Source of the DNA: Myxococcota bacterium
Lineage (GTDB): Bacteria > Myxococcota_A > Bradymonadia > UBA4248 > JAVFAO01
DNA length: 64,000 nucleotides
Reading direction: 5' to 3'
Assembly: GCA_034002465.1 (NCBI GenBank)
Contig: JAVFAO010000001.1
Span: 1,086-65,085, forward strand
Below, piece by piece: positions 31,361 to 41,382 of this stretch. Every line of letters starts with the position of its first letter. The first letter of the stretch is position 1. A program made the position numbers and the translations under genes. The notes under the pieces were generated by a model. The model was given only the letters and a program-made list of their open reading frames with translations, ran no database searches and was not told where the DNA came from.

Positions 31361-34300
31361 ATGCAGGACCTGGTTGCGATACGAGCTTTGCTATTCTTGG
31401 TCCGACGCGAGCTGCTGCGGCGACGGGCGTTGGAGGTGGGCGCGTATAGTTTTCTAGCGCTCGCGGCGAGCCTTACGCTGTGGTGGTTGTCGAGTCCAAG
31501 CGGCTTGGTGTGGGGGCTGCTGGCGTGGGCGAGCCTGCTTGTGGCGGTTTTGGTGCCGAGTTGGCTGTTGTTGTGGCCAGCTTGGTGGCGCACGCGCAGT
31601 GAGCAGGGCACGGCTCGTGAGCTGGAGCGCTTTGAGCCAGCGTTTCGCGATGACTTGTCAACGAGCTTGCAGTTTTCGGCGCTGTTGCAGCAGCAGCCCG
31701 AGTCGGCTCAGGTCCTTGGGGCGAGGGCGGAGCTGGCGCGAGCCCAGATTCGACATAGCGCGCAGCGTGCTCGACGCTATGCAATGCAAGCGTCGACGCT
31801 TTTCGTTCGGCACAAGCTGGTGGGGGTGAGCGCGGCTGGGTTGACGCTGAGCGTTGTGCTGCTATTTGGCTCTGCGCTCTATCCGTCTCGCAGTTCGGAG
31901 CTGCTCTCGCTCTTCCTGGGGAACGCCGAGCGAGCATTACAGATTGTCGGTTTTCACAGCGTGGATGAGCCGCCCACCGAGCGGCCGCTGGTCGGGCAAC
32001 TTCACATCGAGCTGATTCCGCCCGCATACAGTGGTCTGCACAGTCGTCAGTTCTTCAACAGCACGGGTGATTTCGAGCTGCTCAAAGGGACGGAGCTGCG
32101 TTTCGAGGGCAAGCTGCTTGAGGACGCGGACGCGGTGACTTTGGTGTTCGAGGGCAACGACGGGACGCAGCTCGAACAGGCGATGCTGTGCGAGGGAAGC
32201 TCGGTGAGCGGCAGCTTCGTGGCCTTGCACTCGGGGTGGTATCGTTTTCGTTTGCGGTCCTCATCGTCAGGAATACTCGAACACGATCTTCGACGGCGTC
32301 TCGATGTGGTGCCCGATATGGCGCCGAGCGTGGTGATCGATGCAGCAGCGAGCTCGGTGGAGGTGACTGCGGATGAGATGCTTGCTTTTCGCATTCGGGC
32401 TTTCGATGACTATGGCCTGTCTGCCATCGAGCTCGAGCTTGCGATAGAGGGGGCGCAGACGCCTGCCAAGGTGGTGAAGGTGGCCCGTCTGTCGCGTCAG
32501 TCGAATTGGGCTGACGAGGTGCAGCTCGAGCTATCAGAGATGGCGCTGCAGCCCAAGGACGTGTTGGTGGTGCATGCGTTGGCTTGGGACAACGATGAGG
32601 TGTCGTCTCCGAAGTCGTCGCGCAGCGCGCCCGTGTATTTGCGGGTGTCGAGTCCCGAGGATCGGCACGAGGCATTGTTGCGTGCCGAGGAGTCGATGCT
32701 CGACGACTTGTTGTTGCTGCTTGCCGATGAGCTGGAGGCGCCGTTGCAGGCGGACGAGCCGGGTCAGGCGCCGAGCGAGGGGCAGCGTGTGGCGGAGCAG
32801 GAGCTTGGAGAGCGCTTGGCATCGGCCAGTTTCTTGAGTGACCGTCGGGCCGAGGTGCTGCGGGCGATGGCGAGCTTGGGGGAGATGCTCGCTGCGGACG
32901 GTCTGATGCTGCGGCGCGATGTGGAGCTTTTCGAGCATTTGCGGCAGGTGATGAGCCAGATGCAGTCGAAGGCAGGATTGCAGCTGGAGCGATTGGCGCT
33001 TTTGCATGCGGCGGGTCAGCTGCATGAGGAGGAGCTCCGTGTGTATACACGAATGCATCGTCTCCCTCAGATTGAGCAGACCGAGCGGGCGCTCATTTTG
33101 CTCAAGGAGATGGTGCTTAGCCAGTGGATGGATGCTGCGCAGTTGACCGTCAACAGTATTCACGAGCGGATAGAGCGTTTGCGAGCTTTGGCCTTGCAAC
33201 TGGAGACGGTCAATGACCCTCGGCTGCGGGCGGAGATGGAAGCGGAGATGGCGCGCTTGCAGCGAGAGCTTGATGAGCTGCTTGGTCGGCTCGCGCAGCA
33301 GTCCGAGAAGCTGCCGAGCGAGCATGTCAACGCGGAGGCGATGAAGGCTTCGGATGCGCGCAAGCTGGCGTCGCGTGCTGAGGAGATGCGCCAACTCTTG
33401 GATGAGGGGCGGATTGAAGATGTGTTGTCGATGCTCGACGAGCTCGACGCAGAGCTGCAGTCGATGTTGGCGGTCGCGGATCAGTATACCAGCGCAGGCG
33501 GGAGCGCGACGTCTCGGATGGATGAGCAGGCGAGTGCATTCTTGGATAGCGTCAACGATCTGGCCGAGGCGCAGGCTGGTCTGGAGAAGCGTGGCCAGCG
33601 CTTGCGGGATGCGATGCGAGAGCGTATTCGAGCCGAGCACAGTGTTGAGCTGGACGGCTTGTCGCAGCGTCAGTCGCGGCGCTTGGCTGCGTTGGGGCGT
33701 CAGCTTCACGCATTGGATGCTCAAGTGCCTGGAGATATGGCGGTTTCTTCTGCTCGCCGAGTGTTGGAGCAGGCACAGCAGCTCAACGAAGCGGGCGATC
33801 TTGATGGATTGAGGCAGGCCATCGAGCGTTTTCGAGAGCGTCAAAGCGAGGCGCAGGCAGAGGCTTTGGATGCGTATTTCGACGCGGAGCCCGGTTCGCC
33901 AGAGCGGGTGGCGGCGCGTGAGCGAGAGTCGGCTTGGAGGCAGATGGACGAGCTTTCCCAAATGATCGAGGGCGAGCTCGATTCGGCGTCGCGAGCGCTG
34001 CAGGTCGAGCCCAGTCCTGACGATCACGACGAGATGCTCGAGCAGCAGCAGGTGCAGCGGGCTCTGCGTGACTCTGCAGGGGAATTGGGGGAGCAGCTTG
34101 GGCAGATGGCGGACGCGTTTCCGGCGATGGCTGAGCAGTTGCAGCCCCACTTCGAAGAAGCGGTGGGTTTCATGCGCTCAGCGGAGGAGGAGCTTGGGGA
34201 AGCAACGCTCGGGGAGGCGCTGGAGGCGGAGCGGCAAGCGTTGCGTTCGTTGCAGGCGATGAAGCGTCAGCTTCAGCAGAATCTTCAGAAGGAGCGAATG

Positions 34301-34468
34301 GCAGATTCGCGACGCAAGCCCTCGCCGGTGGAGCGTGTTGCGATACCCGAAGCGGATCGGAGTGCTCCTCGCGCGTTTCGTGAGGACATTCTCGAGGCGA
34401 TGAAGCAGCAGGCCATACCTGGATACGAAGATGAAGCCAAGCTCTACTATCAATCCCTCATTGAGTAG
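31361..34468 (+). CDS. DUF4175-like large membrane-anchored coiled-coil protein (paralog of 3062-5254)
   Basis: 1035 aa. Two N-terminal TM helices, IELIPPAYSG, long coiled-coil segments, and the C-terminal motif IPGYEDEAKLYYQSLIE resembling VPPGYRHYVERYFDFI of the first paralog. Confidence 0.65.
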   Translation: MQDLVAIRALLFLVRRELLRRRALEVGAYSFLALAASLTLWWLSSPSGLVWGLLAWASLLVAVLVPSWLLLWPAWWRTRSEQGTARELERFEPAFRDDLSTSLQFSALLQQQPESAQVLGARAELARAQIRHSAQRARRYAMQASTLFVRHKLVGVSAAGLTLSVVLLFGSALYPSRSSELLSLFLGNAERALQIVGFHSVDEPPTERPLVGQLHIELIPPAYSGLHSRQFFNSTGDFELLKGTELRFEGKLLEDADAVTLVFEGNDGTQLEQAMLCEGSSVSGSFVALHSGWYRFRLRSSSSGILEHDLRRRLDVVPDMAPSVVIDAAASSVEVTADEMLAFRIRAFDDYGLSAIELELAIEGAQTPAKVVKVARLSRQSNWADEVQLELSEMALQPKDVLVVHALAWDNDEVSSPKSSRSAPVYLRVSSPEDRHEALLRAEESMLDDLLLLLADELEAPLQADEPGQAPSEGQRVAEQELGERLASASFLSDRRAEVLRAMASLGEMLAADGLMLRRDVELFEHLRQVMSQMQSKAGLQLERLALLHAAGQLHEEELRVYTRMHRLPQIEQTERALILLKEMVLSQWMDAAQLTVNSIHERIERLRALALQLETVNDPRLRAEMEAEMARLQRELDELLGRLAQQSEKLPSEHVNAEAMKASDARKLASRAEEMRQLLDEGRIEDVLSMLDELDAELQSMLAVADQYTSAGGSATSRMDEQASAFLDSVNDLAEAQAGLEKRGQRLRDAMRERIRAEHSVELDGLSQRQSRRLAALGRQLHALDAQVPGDMAVSSARRVLEQAQQLNEAGDLDGLRQAIERFRERQSEAQAEALDAYFDAEPGSPERVAARERESAWRQMDELSQMIEGELDSASRALQVEPSPDDHDEMLEQQQVQRALRDSAGELGEQLGQMADAFPAMAEQLQPHFEEAVGFMRSAEEELGEATLGEALEAERQALRSLQAMKRQLQQNLQKERMADSRRKPSPVERVAIPEADRSAPRAFREDILEAMKQQAIPGYEDEAKLYYQSLIE

Positions 34469-36044
34469 CCTCTCGGTCGGGGTGCTCTTGTGCGCGAGTG
34501 TGCTGTGCGCTGTTGGTAGCGCTCAGTCGGCTGAGGATGCGTTCTTTGTCCGGGCGCAGGACGCATTGGAGTCGCTCGACTTGGCGCAGGTCCGGCAGAT
34601 GCTCGAGGAGGTCGAGGGCGACGATGACTTTCGTGTGGAGCTCTTACGAGGGCGCTTGCGCTTCTATGAGGGGGACTATGCGGAGGCGGTGACGCTGATG
34701 AAGCAGGCCATCGAGCGAGGGGGTGCGGCGGCTCGGGCGTATGAGCCCGAGCTCAGCTTGGTGGAGGCCACCGAGGCGTTGACCCGGGAGCATGTGCGTG
34801 TGCGCAGCAACGATGGTCGTTTCGAACTGAGCTATCCCCCTGGCAAGGATGCGGTCTTGGTCGACTTTACTTTCAGTGCGATGGCTGCGGCGTACGAGGC
34901 CTTCGGCGAGGATTTTGGTGTGCGTCCGAGCGAGCCGATACGCATTGAGGTGTATTCTTCTCCTGATGATCTGGCCAAGGTGTCCAGCTTGACGGAGAGT
35001 GATGTGGCGACCACCTCCACGATCGCGCTCAGTAAGTACAACCGGATCATGCTGACAAGTCCGTTGGCGTTGATGCGTGGCTATGCTTGGCTCGACACGT
35101 TGGTGCATGAGTATTGCCACATGATCATTGCTCAGGCGGGTGGTCCGGGCGTTCCCATTTGGGTACACGAGGGGCTGGCGAAGTTTTCGGAGCGGCGATG
35201 GCGGGGGGGCGATGAGCAGCGCTTGTTGCCGGCGCAGCTTGATTATCTCTTGTATACAAGGGCAAAGCAAGGGCGGTTGGTGAGTTTTGCCCAGATGCAC
35301 CCATCGATCGCCAAATTGCCTGATCAGGAAGACGCCTCAATGGCATACGCCGAGGTCTTTGCTGCGATGGAGTTGGTGTATTCTAAGCATGGAATGATCG
35401 GTTTGCGTGAGATGCTTGGGCTGATCGCCGAAGGGCAGCGTGCCGAGGCAGCATTCGAGACTGTGCTCGCCTCCTCCTTTTCAGACTTCGAGCGTTCTTG
35501 GAAAGCGCACATGCTGCAGCGGGAGCGGCGCTATGAAGGGGAGGAGCCTCCCGATGTGTTCGAGCAGATAGCCTTTCGAAAGGATGCATCGGTGGGAGAG
35601 GACGATGATGTCTCACTGATTGGCGAGGAAGGTGCTCGTCGTCTGGTCTATCTTGGGGATCTATTGCTCTCGAAGCAGCGTCCGAAGGCGGCGGCGGTGG
35701 AGTATCGCAAGGCGGCAGCGCTGATTGGCGGGAGCAATCCGGTGTTGCAGGCACGTTTGGGGCGAGCCTTGCTCGAGCAAGGGGAGTCGGCCCAGGCTGT
35801 GGAGGTGCTGCAGTCGGCACTCATCGAGGGGGAGCACTACATGACGCTCTTTGTGTATCTTGGGCGGGCGCTGAATCGTGAAGGGCGCTATGAGGAGGCG
35901 GAGCGGGCGCTTTGGGAAGCGGCGGCGATCAATCCTTTCGATCCCGCTATTCACGAGGAGTGGGCGCTGAGCTATCGTGCCCGTGGCGATGCGGAAGGGG
36001 AGCGGCGAGCCAAGGAGATGGTCGAGCTCTTGGCTGGTCACTAG
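34431..36044 (+). CDS. Secreted HExxH zinc-peptidase-like (peptidase MA-type) protein with C-terminal TPR repeats
   Basis: Signal peptide SVGVLLCASVLCAVGSA, LVHEYCHMII..VHEGLAKF (HExxH plus a downstream E), and TPR-like C-terminal helices. Overlaps the upstream gene by 38 bp. Confidence 0.6.
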   Translation: MKPSSTINPSLSSLSVGVLLCASVLCAVGSAQSAEDAFFVRAQDALESLDLAQVRQMLEEVEGDDDFRVELLRGRLRFYEGDYAEAVTLMKQAIERGGAAARAYEPELSLVEATEALTREHVRVRSNDGRFELSYPPGKDAVLVDFTFSAMAAAYEAFGEDFGVRPSEPIRIEVYSSPDDLAKVSSLTESDVATTSTIALSKYNRIMLTSPLALMRGYAWLDTLVHEYCHMIIAQAGGPGVPIWVHEGLAKFSERRWRGGDEQRLLPAQLDYLLYTRAKQGRLVSFAQMHPSIAKLPDQEDASMAYAEVFAAMELVYSKHGMIGLREMLGLIAEGQRAEAAFETVLASSFSDFERSWKAHMLQRERRYEGEEPPDVFEQIAFRKDASVGEDDDVSLIGEEGARRLVYLGDLLLSKQRPKAAAVEYRKAAALIGGSNPVLQARLGRALLEQGESAQAVEVLQSALIEGEHYMTLFVYLGRALNREGRYEEAERALWEAAAINPFDPAIHEEWALSYRARGDAEGERRAKEMVELLAGH

Positions 36045-36178
36045 TGAAGGGCGCCCATCCTTGCGCCATTCCGAAGGCGTGCAGCTTTCGAGCGCATGCG
36101 CTTCGACGTCTGCAAACAGAAGCCTGTCTTTCGCTAGCTTCGGTGGTGTCCCGATAACAAGCCGTTTGGGAGAGCGAT

Positions 36179-36436
36179 GTGGATGCGGAGTTGACGCTCG
36201 AGCTGTTTCGACACGCTCTGGTTTTGACCTTGCTTCTGGCCTTACCACCGCTGCTGGCGATTTGGTTGTTGGCGTGGCTCGTTGGGGCGCTGCAGGCGGT
36301 GCTTGGGATTCCCGATGCTTCCTTGGGGATGGTGCCGCGCTTCGTTTTGGCGCTCTTGGCTTGGGCGGCATCGCTGCCCTGGATCATGGCGGAGTTGTCG
36401 GCCTTTTCGCTGCTTCTCTTCGACTATGCGCTGTAA
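36179..36436 (+). CDS. FliQ/SctS-like two-helix membrane mini-protein (orphan)
   Basis: 85 aa. ALPPLLAIWLLAWLVGALQAVLGIPDASLGMVPRFVLALLAWAASLPWIMAEL parallels FliQ (..APLLL..LQAATQI.E.TL.FIPK...PWM..) in length and topology. Codon usage is coding-like. Confidence 0.45.
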   Translation: MDAELTLELFRHALVLTLLLALPPLLAIWLLAWLVGALQAVLGIPDASLGMVPRFVLALLAWAASLPWIMAELSAFSLLLFDYAL

Positions 36437-36439
36437 GCT

Positions 36440-38356
36440 TCAGGGGAGCTCGTCACAGCCTTCGGGGATGGCGAGCTCTCGGCGGAAGCTGTGCTGGTTG
36501 AGGGTGGATTTCTTTTCGATTGGGCGCTTGTCCTGTTCCCCCAGGTTGTTTGCACGCAGCCAGGTCCAGGTTCCGGATTCGGTGCAGGCATCTGCTTCGA
36601 GGCCGTAAGTTTCGACGCTGATACGGCGGCTCGCGACGAGTTGGAGCGCGTCGAGGCCACGGGGGCGAACCTTGAGCTCGACGTGGATGGAGACCTTGGT
36701 GGGGTCGGTGAAGTAGCGATCGCAGGCTTCGAAGTTGTGTTCGAAGATGGGCTGAGGGCCGGTCTCGCTGAGGACGATACGATTCCAGGAGAGGCGGACC
36801 TTGTGCTTCGACTTGCCGGTGGCGAGCAGGTCGGCTTCGAAGTCTTGGCTGAGGGCCCGAATGTCGTTTGCGTTTGGGAATTCGAGCTCCTTGTCGAGCT
36901 TGAAGCTTTGTTCTGCTCCGCTCGAGTCGGTGCGGCTGAGCAGCAGGGGCTTGTGTTCTGCGGTGCTGTAGTACCAGCGGCGGATGACGCGTCGGTCGCG
37001 TTGTTCGCTCTCGAGACGGCCCATGACGTTACAGGGTTTCTCTTTGTATATTGCGTTCTTGGCGTACGCGGGTTGGCGATCGCGCGTCAGGCTCGCCTGG
37101 GTCTCTTCGACCACATAGAGCTCGCCCTTGGGGCTTGGCCAGTGTTGGACTGCAACGCGTTGCTCACTTTGTTCGCGTTGCTCTGGCTTTCCGCTTTGGC
37201 TCCAAAGCTTGGTTTCACTTTGACGTTCGAAGAAGCCGTGCGCGTTGAGCTCGAGCAGGTGCTGACGAGATTCGCCGCTCAGCGCTTGGTCGCCATCGGG
37301 TTCTAGCTGTTTGCCGTAGTCGAGCTGGATGTGGAGTCGTGGAGCGGTGGTCTCGGGGAACAGGCGAAGCTGCCCGGTGCGCAGGTCATCATCGTTGTTT
37401 TCGAATCGAAATCGCGCGATGGGGGCGAGCTCTGGCCAGGGCTCGTCGCTCTGTGGGTCGAGCTTGGTCTTGGGCGTGGGCAGGCCGAGGGGAGCGTCGA
37501 GCAGCTGGCGTTGGGCCAGTTGGGGATTGTTGGAGAGGGCGTTGAGCGGGTCGATGCGCAGGCCTTGCGTCGAGAGGGTGAGCAGCTCGCTGCCTTCGAG
37601 CTCGGGATAGAGGTCCCACTCGATGAACAGGGGCGAGGTGGCGTTGATGGTTTGGACCAGCTTGGGCTCGGCGGCGGGTGGGAGCGGTGAGAAGGGAGGC
37701 AGCTCAACGAAGCATGCTTGGGTTTCAGAGAAAGCGTAGAGGATGGGTTGTGTAGAGAGAACCAGAAGCACTGGAGGATCGCTGGGGAAAAGCCAACTGT
37801 CCCCCTCGGATGGGGCCACGCAGGGGGAGCCCTCTGGCAGCGGTGGCACAGGCATGAAGGGTCTTGACTCTGGCAAGGCGAGCCAACGTTCTTGTCGATT
37901 GGGCGCTTGGCCTGTTCCCCCAAGTTCTTGTTGATTGGGCACTTGGCCTGTTCCCCCAAGTTCTTGTTGATTGGGCACTTGGCCTGTTCCCCCAAGTTCT
38001 TGTTGATTGGGCACTTGGCCTGTTCCCCCAATGACTTCGCCGAGCTCACCGGGCTGCACGAAGCGTTCGGCGAGGGCTTGGTTGCAGGCGGCCCAGGCAG
38101 GGCTGGCGGGTGGATAGATGAGGGTGAACGCAGGGGCTGGTGGTGCTTCGGCGAGGTCTTCGGTGGCTGGCTCAGGAGGTGGAGCTTGGACGGTGTCTGT
38201 GAGGGGCTGCTCGGCAGTGGTATCTGTTTGGGGAGCGTTCTGCTCTGGGGGCGGTGTTGGGGCTTGTTCCTTGGGTGTGCATCCGAGGACGGTGGCAATG
38301 CCAAGGGTGACGGCGAGGCTCACGGCAACGCGGCGGGGGTGAGGGGAGCTAGACAT
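36440..38356 (-). CDS. Hypothetical lipoprotein carrying in-frame family-1 repeat insertions
   Basis: Start MSSSPHPRRVAVSLAVTLGIATVLGC (lipobox). Contains (GTGQVPNQQELG)x4 from the array at 37891-38030 and NLGEQDKRPIEKK from the unit at 36514. The longest ORF extends to 38692. Confidence 0.6.
   Translation of the reverse strand: MSSSPHPRRVAVSLAVTLGIATVLGCTPKEQAPTPPPEQNAPQTDTTAEQPLTDTVQAPPPEPATEDLAEAPPAPAFTLIYPPASPAWAACNQALAERFVQPGELGEVIGGTGQVPNQQELGGTGQVPNQQELGGTGQVPNQQELGGTGQAPNRQERWLALPESRPFMPVPPLPEGSPCVAPSEGDSWLFPSDPPVLLVLSTQPILYAFSETQACFVELPPFSPLPPAAEPKLVQTINATSPLFIEWDLYPELEGSELLTLSTQGLRIDPLNALSNNPQLAQRQLLDAPLGLPTPKTKLDPQSDEPWPELAPIARFRFENNDDDLRTGQLRLFPETTAPRLHIQLDYGKQLEPDGDQALSGESRQHLLELNAHGFFERQSETKLWSQSGKPEQREQSEQRVAVQHWPSPKGELYVVEETQASLTRDRQPAYAKNAIYKEKPCNVMGRLESEQRDRRVIRRWYYSTAEHKPLLLSRTDSSGAEQSFKLDKELEFPNANDIRALSQDFEADLLATGKSKHKVRLSWNRIVLSETGPQPIFEHNFEACDRYFTDPTKVSIHVELKVRPRGLDALQLVASRRISVETYGLEADACTESGTWTWLRANNLGEQDKRPIEKKSTLNQHSFRRELAIPEGCDELP
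36514..36549 (-). repeat. Family-1 repeat, single unit
   Basis: ttttcgattgggcgcttgtcctgttcccccaggttg. Confidence 0.85.
37891..38030 (-). repeat. Family-1 repeat array, 4 units
   Basis: ttgt[ct]gattgggc[ga]cttggcctgttcccccaagttc, period 36; the last unit is truncated. Confidence 0.9.
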
Positions 38357-38752
38357 GGCGTCTTTCCTTGGAGCAAGGGCAGAACGGCGGAGTGTCAATG
38401 GTTTGCTGGCTGGCAGCGAGCGTGCGGCACTTCCAATTCTGAGCGAGCTTTGGGTTGGATGGCATCGCATTGGCGTGCCACGCGACGAACCGCCGATGGG
38501 CGGCGTGCAAATCAAAGTTCTAGCACGGAAAGCCGAGTGGGTGGACCGTGCATGAGCGAATAGGCTTGCAATTCTTGCGAGTGAATGAGCAGAATGGAGC
38601 TGCGACGGGGTTGGAAGCCGGTTGTGGTGTTGTGCGCGTCGACTTGGCGCGTTCGGTACGTTGTCCAACAGAGGCGAAGAAGGGGCCGTCATCGAAGCGC
38701 ATCATCGGCTTCGATTTCTGCTCTGGAAGCGCGAGCAACAAGGAGGGAAGCG

Positions 38753-40102
38753 ATGGCCATTGCCGTTGGGGCTGCGGTCTTGATCCTGGTCTTTGTGTAC
38801 TTGGCGTATGTGAAGAAATTCCTGTATATTTGCCGTCCACACGAGATGTTGGTGTTCACTGGTCGTAACCAGCGCATCATTTTTGGAGGGCGGGCGTACA
38901 AGATGCCGATTGTGGAGCAGGTTGCGCGGATGGATCTGCGTCTGTTCGCGGTCCATATTCGTATTCAAGGTGCGTTCTCGAAAGGAAACATTCCGCTCAG
39001 CGTACACGCCATCGCCAACGTGAAGATCTCGAGTGACGAGCGCTTCGCGATCAAGGCGGTCGAGCGCTTCCTCGGACAACCGAACGAGGAGATCAAGCGG
39101 GTTGCGAAAGAGACCTTGGAGGGCACGCTGCGTGGGATCTTGGCGACGATGACGCCCGAGGAGGTCAACGAGGACCGACTCAAGTTTGCCGATCGGACCA
39201 AGGAGGACGCCGAGGCGGATCTGCAGAAGCTCGGACTTCACCTGGACACCTTCAAGATTCAGCATGTTTCGGACGAGATGCAGTACCTCGACTCGATTGG
39301 TCGCAAGCGTATTGCCGAGGTCATTCGCGACGCTGAGATCGCCGAGTCCGATGCGAAGCGTGAAGCGGACATGGCTGTGGCCGAGGCTCAGGCCCGAGGA
39401 AACGTGGCGGGTGAGCGCGCTGATGACCAGGTGCAGCAGAAGGAGAATGAGCTGCGGCAGTTGAAGGCCGATCTCAACGCTCAAGTGAAGGCTGCTGAGG
39501 AGAAGGCGAAGGGTGAGGCTGAGGCAGCGCGGTCCCAAGCAGCGCAGGAGCTCGAAGCGGTGCGCATCGAACTCGAGAAGCTTCGCCTGCAGGCCGAGAA
39601 GGTCATTCCAGCCGAGGTTGCTCGTGATGCGCGCAAGCTCTTTGCAGCGGGAGAGGCCGCGCCCATCGAAGCGCAAGCCAAGGCGACGGCAGAGGCGATG
39701 GCGATGCTGGATGAGTCCTGGCGAGAGGCGGGCTGTGATGCGGTGGATATCTATGTGGTTCAGCAGATTGAGCTTCTCATGCAGAAGGTTGCAGCTGCAG
39801 CGGCGAACGTGAAGATCGCCGATGTTGCGCTGATTGATGCGGGCGATGGGCAGACGCTTCCCAACTACGTCGCTTCCTATCCACGCATCGTCTCGGCTCT
39901 GCTTGGCGAGATCAAGAACAGCATCGGTTTGGATATCGCGGAGTCGATGAGTGGTCGTTCGCAGTCGTCTTCGGCGGGCGGTGGAGGGGCTCCTGGTGGG
40001 GGCGGCAAGGGTTCAACGAAGCCTTTCGAGTTTCGTCCCTCTGATGAGCACACCCGAACGCAAACGCAGCTTCCGAAGGTTGATCCCTTCGCCCAGTTGT
40101 AG
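38753..40102 (+). CDS. Flotillin-like SPFH/band-7 protein
   Basis: SD aaggagggaagcgATG. N-terminal TM. SPFH domain (IPLSVHAIANVKISSDERFAIKAVERFLG .. LEGTLRGILATMTPEEVNEDR) followed by a long coiled-coil region. Confidence 0.85.
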   Translation: MAIAVGAAVLILVFVYLAYVKKFLYICRPHEMLVFTGRNQRIIFGGRAYKMPIVEQVARMDLRLFAVHIRIQGAFSKGNIPLSVHAIANVKISSDERFAIKAVERFLGQPNEEIKRVAKETLEGTLRGILATMTPEEVNEDRLKFADRTKEDAEADLQKLGLHLDTFKIQHVSDEMQYLDSIGRKRIAEVIRDAEIAESDAKREADMAVAEAQARGNVAGERADDQVQQKENELRQLKADLNAQVKAAEEKAKGEAEAARSQAAQELEAVRIELEKLRLQAEKVIPAEVARDARKLFAAGEAAPIEAQAKATAEAMAMLDESWREAGCDAVDIYVVQQIELLMQKVAAAAANVKIADVALIDAGDGQTLPNYVASYPRIVSALLGEIKNSIGLDIAESMSGRSQSSSAGGGGAPGGGGKGSTKPFEFRPSDEHTRTQTQLPKVDPFAQL

Positions 40103-40116
40103 TCGAGGAGGAAGGC

Positions 40117-41373
40117 ATGGATCCTATTGTCATTATCGTGGGCGTGGTCGTAATTGCCGTTCTCTTTGCTGCAATGGCGATTCGCAACGTGATCTTCATT
40201 TGTCCACCCAACAAGGCCATTATCTTCAGTGGCTCCCGAAGCGTTGGTCCTGACGGCAGGAAGTTGGGCTACCGGATTGTCCAGGGCGGTCGTGGGATTC
40301 GTATCCCGCTCTTCGAGAGCTTCGATGAAATCGATCTGAGCAACATGATCATCGACGTGAGCACGAACAACGCCTATTCACGAGGCGGGATCTCGCTCAC
40401 CGTGCATGCGGTGGCAAACATCAAGGTTGCGGGTATGCAGCCGAGGCTCGACAACGCCATTCAGCGCTTGTTGGGCAAGAGTCGGCAGGAGATCATGGGC
40501 ATTGCACGCGAGACCCTGGAGGGCAACCTGCGTGGGGTGTTGGCCAAGCTCACGCCGGAAGAAGTGAACGAAGACCGTGTCAGCTTCGAAAAGAACCTTC
40601 TCGAGGAGGTCGATCACGATCTGTCGATGCTTGGGCTTGCCTTGGACACACTGACCATTCAGAGTGTCTCGGATGAGTCGGGTTACTTGGCTTCCATTGG
40701 ACGTCAGCGCAATTCTCAGCTCATGCGCGACGCGCGCATTGCAGAGGCGAAGGCGCAAGCGCAGGCGGCAGTGCGGGATGCCAAGAACCGAGAAGACCGA
40801 TTGATCGCGCAGTTCGAGGCGGACATGCGGATAGCTCAGGCCCAGGCAGAGCGCAGGATTTCCGAAGCGCAAGCCAAGGGACGCGCGATGGTGGCCGAAG
40901 CCAATGCGGATATCGCCGCGCAGAAAGCGCGCGCCGAGGCAGAGCTGAGCGTTCAGGTTCAGCGCATCGAGCAGGTTCGCCGCCGCCTGATGGCGGACGT
41001 GCTCGAGCCAGCTCAGGCCGCGCTGAGCACCATGCAGGCCGACGCGATTGGTCAGTCATCCTCGATTCTCGAGGACGGTCGGGCGAAGGCAGAGGCCTTC
41101 CGGCAGTTGGTGAAGACCTGGAAGAACGCAGGTCCCCATGCCAGGGAGATCTTCCTCGGCCACAAGCTCAACGTGCTCTTGGATACGATCATGAGCACTG
41201 TGCAGCACATCGAGATCGAGAAGATGACCGTCATCGACGCGCGGCTTTCCGCGGTTGATGTGAACGGCTCCTTGCCGATGAAGACCCTGAGCGCAGTGGA
41301 ACAGCTCAAGCAGACCATCGGCTTGGATTTGGCAGACTTGGTTCAGACTTGGAGCGCAGCCAAGAAGGCCTAG
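40117..41373 (+). CDS. Flotillin-like SPFH/band-7 protein (second paralog)
   Basis: SD gaggaggaaggcATG. N-terminal TM. ISLTVHAVANIKVAGMQPRLDNAIQRLLG .. LEGNLRGVLAKLTPEEVNEDR, with a coiled-coil C-terminus. Paralogous to the preceding gene. Confidence 0.85.
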   Translation: MDPIVIIVGVVVIAVLFAAMAIRNVIFICPPNKAIIFSGSRSVGPDGRKLGYRIVQGGRGIRIPLFESFDEIDLSNMIIDVSTNNAYSRGGISLTVHAVANIKVAGMQPRLDNAIQRLLGKSRQEIMGIARETLEGNLRGVLAKLTPEEVNEDRVSFEKNLLEEVDHDLSMLGLALDTLTIQSVSDESGYLASIGRQRNSQLMRDARIAEAKAQAQAAVRDAKNREDRLIAQFEADMRIAQAQAERRISEAQAKGRAMVAEANADIAAQKARAEAELSVQVQRIEQVRRRLMADVLEPAQAALSTMQADAIGQSSSILEDGRAKAEAFRQLVKTWKNAGPHAREIFLGHKLNVLLDTIMSTVQHIEIEKMTVIDARLSAVDVNGSLPMKTLSAVEQLKQTIGLDLADLVQTWSAAKKA

Positions 41374-41382
41374 ACGTCGATT

